Of a stretch of DNA of 64,000 bases, positions 53,401 to 64,000 are shown in pieces. Below the pieces are notes generated by a model that saw only the letters and a list, made by a program, of their open reading frames with translations, made no database searches and was not told the origin of the DNA. Position 1 is the stretch's first letter. The number at the start of each line of letters is the position of its first letter. Position numbers and translations under genes: made by a program. Source of the DNA: Eledone cirrhosa (Eukaryota); the NCBI GenBank assembly GCA_964016885.1, contig OZ024743.1, positions 306,404,001 through 306,468,000 on the forward strand, read 5' to 3'.

Positions 53401-56400
53401 GTGGCAGTGATGGTGGTAGTGTTGGTGCTAGTGATGGTGGTAATTATGGTAGTATTGGTGGTAGTGTTGGTGGTAGTGATGGTGGTAGTGATGTTAATGT
53501 TGGTGCTAGTGTTGCTGGTAGTGATGGTGGTAGTGATGATGTTAGTGATGGTGGTAGTGATGGTAGTGTTGGTGGTAGTGTTGGTGGTAGTGTTGGTGGT
53601 AATGATGGTGGTAGTATTGGTGGTAGTGATGGTGTTAGTGATGGTGGTAGTGTTGGTGGTAGTGTTGGTGGTAGTATTGGTGCTAGTGATGGTGGTAGTG
53701 ATGGTGGTAGTGTTGGTGGTAGTGTTGGTGGTAGTATGGTGGTAGTGATGGTGGTAGTGATGGTGGTAGTGATGGTGGTAGTGTTCGTGGTAGTGTTGGT
53801 GGTAGTGTTGGTGGTAGTGGTGGTGGTAGTGATGGTGGTAGTGATGGTGGTAGTGATGGTGGTAGTGATGGTAGTGTTGGTGGTAATGATGGTGGTAGTG
53901 ATGGTGGTAGTGTTGGTGGTATTGGTGGTAGTGATGGTGGTATTGATGATGGTAGTGTTGGTAGTGTTGGTGGTTGTGTTGGTGGTAGTGATGGTAGTAT
54001 TGATGGTGGTGTTGGTGGTAGTGATGGTGGTATTGATGACGGTAGTGTTGGTAGTATTGGTGATAGTGTTGGTGGTAGTGATGGTGGTAGTGATAGTAGT
54101 GTTGGTGGGAGCGTTCGTGGTAGTGATGGTGGTAGTATTGGTGGTAGTGATGGTGGTAGTGATGGTGGTAGTGATGGTGGTAGTGATGGTGGTAGTGATG
54201 GTGGAAGTGTTGGTTGTAGTGATGGTGGTAGGGATGGAAGTGTTGGTGGTAGTGTTGCTGGTAGTGATGGTGGTAGTGATGATTGTAGTGATGGTGGTAG
54301 TGTTGGTGGTAGTGACGGTGGTAGTGATGGTGGTAGTGTTGGTGGTATTGACGATGGTAGTGATGGTGGTAGTGTTAGTAGTGTTGGTGGTAGTGTTGGT
54401 GGTAATATTGGTGGTAGTGATGGTTGTAGTGTTGGTGGCAGTGATGGTGGTGGTGATGGTGGTAGTGATGGTGGTAGTGATGGTGGTAGTGATGGTAGTG
54501 TTGGTGGCAGTGTTGGTAGTATTGATGATGGTAGTGTTGGTAGTATTGGTGGTAGTATTGGTGATAGTGTTGGTGGTAGTGATGGTGGTAGTGGTAGTAG
54601 TGTTGGTGGGAGCGTTGGTGGTAGTGATGATGGTAGTGATGGTGGTAGTGATGGTGGTAGTGTTGGTGGTAGTGTTGGTGGTAGTATTGGTGGTAGTGTT
54701 GGTGGTAGTGATGGTGGTAGTGATGGTGGTAGTGATTGTGGTAGTGATGGTGGTAGTGTTGGTGGTAGTGTTGGTGGTAGTGTTGGTGGTAGTGATGGTG
54801 GTAACGATGGTAGTGTTGGTGGTAGTGATGGTGGTAGTGATGGTTGTAGTGATGGTGGTAGTGTTGGTGGTAGTGATGGTGGTAGTGTTGGTGGTAGTGA
54901 TGGTGGTAGTGATGGTGGTAGTGATGGCGGTACTGATGGTGGTAGTGTTGGTGGTATTGACGATGGTATTGATGGTGGTATTGTTGGTAGTGTTGGTGGT
55001 AGTGTTGGTGGTAATATTGGTGGTAATGATGGTGGTAGTGTGGTAGTGTTAGTGGTAGTTATGGTTGTAGTGTTGGTGGCAGTGATGGTGGTCGTGTTGG
55101 TGCTAGTGATGGAGGTAATGATGGTAGTATTGGTGGTAGTGTTGGTGGTAGTGTTGGTGGTAGTGTTGGTGGTAGTGATGGTGGTAGTAATGGTAGTGTT
55201 GGTGCTAGTGTTGCTGGTAGTGATGGTGGTAGTGATGATGGTAGTGATGGTGGTAGTGATGGTTGTGTTGGTGGTAGTGTTGGTGGTAGTGTTGGTGGTA
55301 ATGATGATGGTAGTATTGGTGGTAGTGATGGTGGTAGTGATGGTGGTAATGATGGTGGTAGTGATGGTGGAAGTGATGGTACTGTTGGAGGTAGTGATGA
55401 TGTTAGTGATGGTGGTAGTGATGGTGGTAGTGATGGTGGTAGTGTTGGTGGTAGTGATGGTGGCAGTGATGGTGGTAGTGATGGTGGTAGTGATGGTGGT
55501 AGCGATGGTAGTGTTGGTGGTAGTGTTGGTGGTAGTGATGGTGGTAGCGATGGTAGTGTTGGTGGTAGTGATGGTGGTTGTGATGGTTGTAGTGTTGGTG
55601 GTAGTGATGGTGGTAGTGATGGTGGTAGTGTAGGTGGTATTGACGATGGTAGTGATGGTGGTAGTGTTGGTGGTAGGTATGGTGGTAGTGTTGGTGGTAG
55701 TGTTGGTGGTAGTGTTGGTGGTAGTGATGGTTGTAGTGATGGTGGTAGTGTTGGTTGTAGTGTTGGGGGTACTGATTGTGGTAACGATGGTAGTGTTGGT
55801 GGTAGTGATGGTGGTAATGATGGTTGTAGTGATGGTGGTAGTGATGGTGGTAGTGATGGTGGTAGTGTTGGTGGTAGTGATGGTGGTAGTGTTGGTGGTA
55901 GTGATGGTTGTAGTCATGGTGGTAGTGATGGTGGTAGTGATGGTGGTAGTGTTGGTGGTAGTGATGGTGGTAGTGTTGGTGGTAGTGATGGTTGTAGTGA
56001 TGGTGGTAGTGTTGGTTGTAGTGTTGGGGGTACTGATGGTGGTAACGATGGTAGTGTTGGTGGTAGTGATGGTGGTAATGATGGTTGTAGTGATGGTGGT
56101 AGTGATGGTGGTAGTGATGGTGGTAGTGTTGGTGGTAGTGATGGTGGTAGTGTTGGTGGTAGTGATGGTGGTAGTGATGGTGGTAGTTTTGGTGGTATTG
56201 ACGATGGTAGTGATGGTGGTAGTGTTGGTAGTGTTGGTGGTAGTGTTGGTGGTAGTGTTGGTGGTAGTGTTGGTGGTAGTGTTGGTGGTAGTGATGGTGG
56301 TAGAGATGTTAGTGTTGGTGCTAGTGTTGCAGGTAGTGATGGTGGTAGTGATGATGTTAGTGATGGTGGTAGTGATGGTAGTGTTGGTGGTAGTGTTGGT

Positions 56401-59400
56401 GGTAGTGTTGGTGGTAGTATTGGTGCTAGTGATGGTGGTAGTGATGGTGGTAGTGTTGGTGGTAGTGCTGGTGGTAGTCTTGGTGGTAGTGATGGTGGTA
56501 GTGATGGTGGTAGTGATGGTGGTAGTGTTCGTGGTAGTTTTGGTGGTAGTGTTGGTGGTAGTGGTGGTGGTAGTGATGGTGGTAGTGATGGTGGTAGTGA
56601 TGGTGGTAGTGATGGCAGTGTTGGTGGTAATGATGGTGGTAGTGATGGTGGTATTGGTGGTAGTGATGGTGGTATTGATGATGGTGTTGGTGGTAGTGAT
56701 GGTAGTATTGATGATGGTAGTGTTGGTAGTATTGGTGGTAGTATTGGTGATAGTGTTGGTGGTAGTGATAGTAGTGTTGGTGGGAGCGTTGGTGGTAGTG
56801 ATGATGGTAGTGATTGTGGTAGTGTTGGTGGTAGTGTTGGTGGTAGTGTTGGTGGTAGTGATGGTGGTAGTGTTGGTGGTAGTGATGGTGGTAGTGATGG
56901 TGGTAGTGATGGTGGTAGTGATGGTGGTAGTGTTGGTGGTAGTGTTGGTGGTAGTGATGGTGGTAGTGATGGTGGTAGTGATGGTGGTAGTGATGGTGGT
57001 AGTGTTAGTGGTAGTGTTGATGGTAGTTTTGGTGGTAGTGATGGTGGTAGTGATGGTGGTAGTGTTGGTGGTAGTGTTGGTGGTAGTGTTGGTGGTAGTG
57101 ATGATGGTAGTGATGGTGGTAGTGATGGTGGTAGTGATGGTGGTAGTGTTGGTGGTAGTGTTGGTGGTAGTGATGGTGGTAGTGATGGTGGTAGTGATGG
57201 TGGTAGTGATTGTAGTGTTGTTGGTAGTGATCGTAGTAATGATGGTGGAATTTGTGGTAGTGATGGTGGTAGTGTTGGTGGTAGTGTTGGTGGTAGTGTT
57301 GGTGGTAGTGTTGGTGGTAGTGTTGGTGGTAGTGATGGTGGTATTGATGGTGGTGTTGGTGGTAGTGATGGTAGTGTTGGTGGTAGTGATGGTTGTAGTG
57401 TTGGTGGCAGTGATGGTGGTAGTGTTGGTGCTAGTGATGGTGGTAATGATGGTAGTATTGGTGGTAGTGATGGTGCTAGTGTTGGTGGTAGTGATGGTGG
57501 TATTGATGGTGGCAGTGTTGGTGGTAGTGTTGGTGGTAGTGATGGTGGTAGTGATGTTGGTAGTGATGGTGGTAGTGATGGTGGTAGTGATGGTGGTAGT
57601 GATGGTGGTAGTGATGGTGGTAGTGATGGTGGTAGTGATGGTGGTAGTGATGGTGGTAGTGTTGGTGGTAGTGTTGGTGGTAGTTTTGGTGGTAGTGATG
57701 GTGGTAGTGATGGTGGTAGTGATGGTGGTAGTGTTGGTGGTAGTGTTGGTGGTAGTGATGGTGGTAGTGATGGTGGTATTGGTGGTAGTGTTGGTGGTAG
57801 TGTTGGTGGTAGTGATGGTGGTGGTGATGGTGGTAGTGATGGTGGTAGTGATGGTGGTAGTGATGGTAGTGTTGGTGGTAGTGATGATGTTATTGATGGT
57901 GGTAGTGATGGTGCTAGTGATGGTGGTAGTGTTGGTGGTAGTGATGATGGTAGTGATGGTGGTAGTGATGGTGCTAGTGATGGTGGTAGTGATGGTGGTA
58001 GTGATGGTGCTAGTGATGGTGGTAGTGATGGTAGTGTTGGTGGTAGTGATGGTGGTAGTGTTGGTGGTAGTGATGGTGGTAGTGATGGTCGTAGTGTTGG
58101 TGGTAGTGATGATGGTAGTGATGGTGGTAGTGTGGTAGTGTTGGTGGTAGTGTTGGTGGTAGTGATGGTAGTGATGGTGGTAGTTTTGGTAGTGTTGGTG
58201 GTAGTGATGGTGGTAGTGTTGGTGGTAGTGATGGTGTTAGTGATGTTGGTAGTGTTGTTGGCAGTGATGGTGGTAGTGTTGGTGGTAGTGATGGTGGTAG
58301 TGGTGGTGGTAGTGATGATGGTAGTGATGGTGGTAGTGAGGGTAGTGTTGGTGGTGAGTGTTGGTGGTAGTGTGGTGGTAATGATGGTGGTAGTGATGGT
58401 AGTGATGGTGGTAGTGATGGTGGTAGTGATGGTGGTAGTGATGATGGTAGTGATGGTTGTAGTGATGGTGGTAGTGTTGGTGGTAGTGTTGGTGGTAGTT
58501 TTGTTGGTAGTGATGGTGGTAGTGATGGTGGTAGTGTTGGTGGTAGTGTTGGTGGTAGTGTTGGTGGTAGTGATGGTGGTAGTGATGGTGGTAGTGATGG
58601 TGGTATTGGTGGTAGTGTTGGTGGTAGTGATGGTGGTAGTGATGGTGGTGGTGATGGTGGTAGTGATGGTGGTAATGATGGTGGTAGTGATGGTATTGTT
58701 GGTGGTAGTGATGATGTTAGTGATGGTGGTAGTGATGGTGCTAGTGATGGTGGTAGTGTTTGTGGTAGTGATGGTGGCAGTGATGGTGGTAGTGATGGTA
58801 GTGTTGGTGGTAGTGTTGGTGGTAGTGATGGTGGTAGAGATGGTAGTGTTGGTGGTAGTGATGGTGGTAGTGTTGGTGGTAGTGATGGTGGTAGTGATGG
58901 TGGTAGTGATGGTGGTAGTGTTGGTAGTGTTGGTGGTAGTGTTGGTGGTAGTGATGGTAGTGATGGTGGTAGTGTTGGTGGTAGTGATGATGGTAGTGAT
59001 GGTGGTAGTGTTGGTAGTGTTGGTGGTAGTGTTGGTGGTAGTGATGTTGGTAGTGTTGTTGGCAGTGATGGTGGTAGGGTTGGTGGTAGTGATGGTGGTA
59101 GTGGTGGTGGTAGTGATGATGGTAGTGATGGTGGTAGTGATGGTAGTGTTGGTGGTGAGTGTTGGTGGTAGTGTGGTGGTAATGATGGTGGTAGTGATGG
59201 TAGTGTTGGTGGTAGTGTTGGTGGTAGTGATGTTTGTAGTCATGGTGGTAGTGATGGTGGTGGTGATGGCGGTAGTGATGGTAGTGTTGGTGGTAGTTAT
59301 GGTGGCAGTGATGGTGGTAGTGATGGTAGTGTTGGTGGTAGTGTTGCTGGTAGTGTTGGTGGTAGTGTTGGTGGTAGTGATGGTAGTGTTGGTGGTAGTG

Positions 59401-62400
59401 TTGGTGGTAGTGTTGGTGGTAATGATGGTAGTAGTATTGGTGGTAGTGATGGTGTTAGTGATGGTGGTAGTGTTGGTGGTAGTGTTGGTGGTAGTGGCGG
59501 TGGTATTATGGTGGTAGTGATGGTGGTAGTGATGGTGGTAGTAATGGTAGTGTAGGTGGTAGTGATGTTGGTAGTGATGGTGGTAGTGATGGTGGTAGTG
59601 ATGGTGGTAGTGATGGTGGTAGTGATGGTGGTATTGGTGTTAGTGTTGGTGGTAGTGTTGGTGGTAGTGATTGTGGTGGTGATGGTGGTAGTGATGGTGG
59701 TAGTGATGGTGGTAGTGATGGTGGTAGTGATGATGGTAGTGATGGTTGTAGTGATGGTGGTAGTGTTGGTGGTAGTGTTGGTGGTAGTTTTGTTGGTAGT
59801 GATGGTGGTAGTGATGGTGGTAGTGTTGGTGGTAGTGTTGGTGGTAGTGTTGGTGGTAGTGATGGTGGTAGTGATGGTGGTAGTGATGGTGGTATTGGTG
59901 GTAGTGTTGGTGGTAGTGATGGTGGTAGTGATGGTGGTGGTGATGGTGGTAGTGATGGTGGTAATGATGGTGGTAGTGATGGTAGTGTTGGTGGTAGTGA
60001 TGATGTTAGTGATGGTGGTAGTGATGGTGCTAGTGATGGTGGTAGTGTTTGTGGTAGTGATGGTGGCAGTGATGGTGGTAGTGATGGTAGTGTTGGTGGT
60101 AGTGTTGGTGGTAGTGATGGTGGTAGAGATGGTAGTGTTGGTGGTAGTGATGGTGGTAGTGTTGGTGGTAGTGATGGTGGTAGTGATGGTGGTAGTGATG
60201 GTGGTAGTGTTGGTAGTGTTGGTGGTAGTGTTGGTGGTAGTGATGGTAGTGATGGTGGTAGTGTTGGTGGTAGTGATGATGGTAGTGATGGTGGTAGTGT
60301 TGGTAGTGTTGGTGGTAGTGTTGGTGGTAGTGATGTTGGTAGTGTTGTTGGCAGTGATGGTGGTAGGGTTGGTGGTAGTGATGGTGGTAGTGGTGGTGGT
60401 AGTGATGATGGTAGTGATGGTGGTAGTGATGGTAGTGTTGGTGGTGAGTGTTGGTGGTAGTGTGGTGGTAATGATGGTGGTAGTGATGGTAGTGTTGGTG
60501 GTAGTGTTGGTGGTAGTGATGTTTGTAGTCATGGTGGTAGTGATGGTGGTGGTGATGGCGGTAGTGATGGTAGTGTTGGTGGTAGTTATGGTGGCAGTGA
60601 TGGTGGTAGTGATGGTAGTGTTGGTGGTAGTGTTGCTGGTAGTGTTGGTGGTAGTGTTGGTGGTAGTGATGGTAGTGTTGGTGGTAGTGTTGGTGGTAGT
60701 GTTGGTGGTAATGATGGTAGTAGTATTGGTGGTAGTGATGGTGTTAGTGATGGTGGTAGTGTTGGTGGTAGTGTTGGTGGTAGTATTGGTGCTAGTGATG
60801 GTGGTAGTGATGGTGGTAGTGTTGGTGGTAGTGTTGGTGGTAGTATGGTGGTAGTGATGGTGGTAGTGATGTGGTAGTGATGGTGGTAGTGTTCGTGGTA
60901 GTGTTGGTGGTAGTGTTGGTGGTAGTGGTGGTGGTCGTGATGGTGGTAGTGATGGTGGTAGTGATGGTGGTAGTGATGGTAGTGTTGGTGGTAATGATGG
61001 TGGTAGTGATGGTGGTATTGGTGGTAGTGATGGTGGTATTGATGATGGTAGTGTTGGTAGTGTTGGTGGTAGTGTTGGTGGTAGTGATGGTAGTATTGAT
61101 GGTGGTGTTGGTGGTAGTGATGGTGGTATTGATGACGGTAGTGTTGGTAGTATTGGTGATAGTGTTGGTGGTAGTGATGGTGGTAGTGATAGTAGTGTTG
61201 GTGGGAGCGTTGGTGGTAGTGATGGTGGTAGTGTTGGTGGTAATGTTGGTGGCAGTGATGGTGGTAGTGTTGGTGCTAGTGATGGTGGTAATGATGGTAG
61301 TATTGGTGGTAGTGTTGGTGGTAGTATTGGTGGTAGTGATGGTGGTAGTGATGGTGGTAGTGATGGTGGTAGTGATGGTGGTAGTGATGGTGGAAGTGTT
61401 GGTGGTAGTGATGGTGGTAGTGATGGAAGTGTTGGTGGTAGTGTTGCTGGTAGTGATGGTGGTAGTGATGATTGTAGTGATGGTGGTAGTGTTGGTGGTA
61501 GTGATGGTGGTAGTGATGGTGGTAGTGTTGGTGGTATTGACGATGGTAGTGATGGTGGTAGTGATGGTAGTGTTGGTGGTAGTGTTGGTAGTATTGATGA
61601 TGGTAGTGTTGGTAGTATTGGTGGTAGTATTGGTGATAGTGTTGGTGGTAGAGATGGTGGTAGTGATAGTAGTGTTGGTGGGAGCGTTGGTGGTAGTGAT
61701 GATGGTAGTGATGGTGGTAGTGATGGTGGTAGTGTTGGTGGTAGTGTTGGTGGTAGTATTGATGGTGGTAGTGTTGGTGGTAGTGTTGGTGGTAGTGTTG
61801 GTGGTAGTGATGGTGGTAACGATGGTAGTGTTGGTGGTAGTGATGGTGGTAGTGATGGTTGTAGTGATGGTGGTAGTGTTGGTGGTAGTGATGGTGGTAG
61901 TGTTGGTGGCAGTGATGGTGGTCGTGTTGGTGCTAGTGATGGAGGTAATGATGGTAGTATTGGTGGTAGTGTCGGTGGTAGTGTTGGTGGTAGTGTTGGT
62001 GGTAGTGATGGTGGTAGTGATGGTAGTGTTGGTGCTAGTGTTGCTGGTAGTGATGGTGGTAGTGATGATGGTAGTGATGGTGGTAGTGATGGTTGTGTTG
62101 GTGGTAGTGTTGGTGGTAGTGTTGGTGGTAATGATGATGGTAGTATTGGTGGTAGTGATGGTGGTAGTGATGGTGGAAGTGATGGTACTGTTGGAGGTAG
62201 TGATGATGTTAGTGATGGTGGTAGTGATGGTGGTAGTGATGGTGGTAGTGTTGGTGGTAGTGATGGTGGCAGTGATGGTGGTAGTGATGGTGGTGGTGAT
62301 GGTGGTAGCGATGGTAGTGTTGGTGGTAGTGTTGGTGGTAGTGATGGTGGTAGCGATGGTAGTGTTGGTGGTAGTGATGGTGGTTGTGATGGTTGTAGTG

Positions 62401-64000
62401 TTGGTGGTAGTGATGGTGGTAGTGATGGTGGTAGTGTAGGTGGTATTGACGATGGTAGTGATGGTGGTAGTGTTGGTGGTAGGTATGGTGGTAGTGTTGG
62501 TGGTAGTGTTGGTGGTAGTGTTGGTGGTAATGATGGTTGTAGTGATGGTGGTAGTGATGGTGGTAGTGATGGTGGTAGTGTTGGTGGTAGTGATGGTGGT
62601 AGTGTTGGTGGTAGTGATGGTTGTAGTGATGGTGGTAGTTATGGTTGTAGTGTTGGGGGTACTGATGGTGGTAACGATGGTAGTGTTGGTGGTAGTGATG
62701 GTGGTAATGATGGTTGTAGTGATGGTGGTAGTGATGGTGGTAGTGATGGTGGTAGTGTTGGTGGTAGTGATGGTGGTAGTGTTGGTGGTAGTGATGGTGG
62801 TAGTGATGGTGGTAGTTTTGGTGGTATTGACGATGGTAGTGATGGTGGTAGTGTTGGTAGTGTTGGTGGTAGTGTTGGTGGTAATGTTGGTGGTAGTGTT
62901 GGTGGTAGTGATGGTTGTAGTGTTGGTGGCAGTGATGGTGGTAGTGTTGGTGCTAGTGATGGTGGTAATGATGGTAGTATTGGTGGTAGTGTTGGTGGTA
63001 GTGTTGGTTGTAGTATTGGTGGTAGTGATGGTGGTAGTGATGGTGGAAGTGATGGTGGTAGTGTTGGTGGTAGTGATGGTTGTAGTGATGATGGTAGTGA
63101 TGGTGGTAGTGATGGTGGTAGTGTTGGTGGTAGTGATGATGGTAGTGTTGGTGGTAGTGATGGTGGTAGTGATGGTGGTAGTGTTGGTGGTATTGACGAT
63201 GTGTATTGACGATGGTGGTAGTATTGATAGTGTTGGTGGTAGTGTTGGTGGTAATGTTGGTGGTAGTGATGGTGGTAGCGATGGTAGTGTTGGTGGTAGT
63301 GATGGTTGTAGTGTTGGTGGCAGTGATGGTGGTAGTGTTGGTGCTAGTGATGCTGGTAATGATGGTAGTATTGGTGGTAGTGTTGGTGGTAGTGTTGGTG
63401 GTAGTATTGGGGGTAGTGATGGTGGTAGTGATGGTAGTGTTGGTGCTAGTGTTGCTGGTAGTGATGGTGGTAGTGATGATGGTAGTCATGGTGGTAGTGA
63501 TGGTAGTGTTGGTGGTAGTGTTGTTGGTAGTGTTGGTGGTAATGATGGTGGTAGTATTGGTAGTAGTGATGGTGGTAGTGATGGTGGTAGTGTTGGTGCT
63601 AGTGAAGGTGGTAGTGATGGTGGTAGTGTTGGTGGTAGTGTTGGTGGTAGTGTTGGTGGTAGTGATGGTGGTAGTGATGTTGGTAGTGATGGTGGTAGTG
63701 TTGGTGGTAGTGTTGGTGGTAGTGTTGGTGGTAGTGGTGGTGGTATTGATGGTGGTAGTGATGGTGGTAGTGATGGTGGTAGTGATGATATAGTTGGCGG
63801 TAGTGATGGTGGTAGTGTTGGTGGTAGTGTTGGTGGTAGTGTTGGTGGTAGTGTTGGTGGTAGTGTTGGTGGTAGTGATGGTGGTATTGATGGTGGTGTT
63901 GGTGGTAGTGATGGTAGTGTTGGTGGTAGTGATGGTGGTATTGATGGTGGTGTTGGTGGTAGTGATGGTGGTAGAGATGATGGCAGTGATGGTGGTAGTG
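29460..64000. repeat. >34-kb G/T-rich satellite of 12-bp GGTGGTAGTGWT and 9-bp GGTAGTGWT units with higher-order duplications
   Basis: Continuous to the window end with very few C on the + strand. Rare variants recur at 312-bp to 3.5-kb spacings. Confidence 0.97.

Noticed and set aside
29439-63793. Val/Met/Leu-rich ORFs up to 2779 aa as membrane proteins, or one giant intact mucin CDS
   Set aside because: Open frames are an automatic result of the unit sequence. Recurrent frameshifts switch frames mid-ORF, and no signal peptide or domain is present.
29460-64000. CRISPR array or canonical telomere
   Set aside because: No unique spacers or cas genes, eukaryotic context, and no TTAGGG-type repeat.

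Overview
Eukaryotic, repeat-saturated animal DNA. The dense (TA)n/(TG)n microsatellites and the SINE type suggest an octopus or other coleoid cephalopod (inference). No intact host gene can be supported. 1-14.5 kb: microsatellites separating short modules, many with inverted partial copies and minimal type I hammerhead ribozymes of the kind carried by Penelope-like elements (PLEs). These include a 595-bp tandem-plus-inverted unit whose three hammerheads share the compensatory U3-A8 core. This zone also holds a CR1-like endonuclease fragment, a PLE RT fragment and four copies of one tRNA-derived SINE. 14.6-26.8 kb: three slightly decayed non-LTR retrotransposons joined by (ATT)n tracts: a full-length Tx1/L1-clade element (+), a 5'-truncated R4/Dong-like RLE element (-) and an RTE-clade element (+) with three C-terminal C2H2 fingers. 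29.5-64 kb (running off the window): a >34-kb G/T-rich satellite of 12- and 9-bp units (GGT)GGTAGTGWT with kb-scale higher-order duplications. It generates all the long Val-, Thr-, Pro- and Gly/Ser-rich ORFs in the track.
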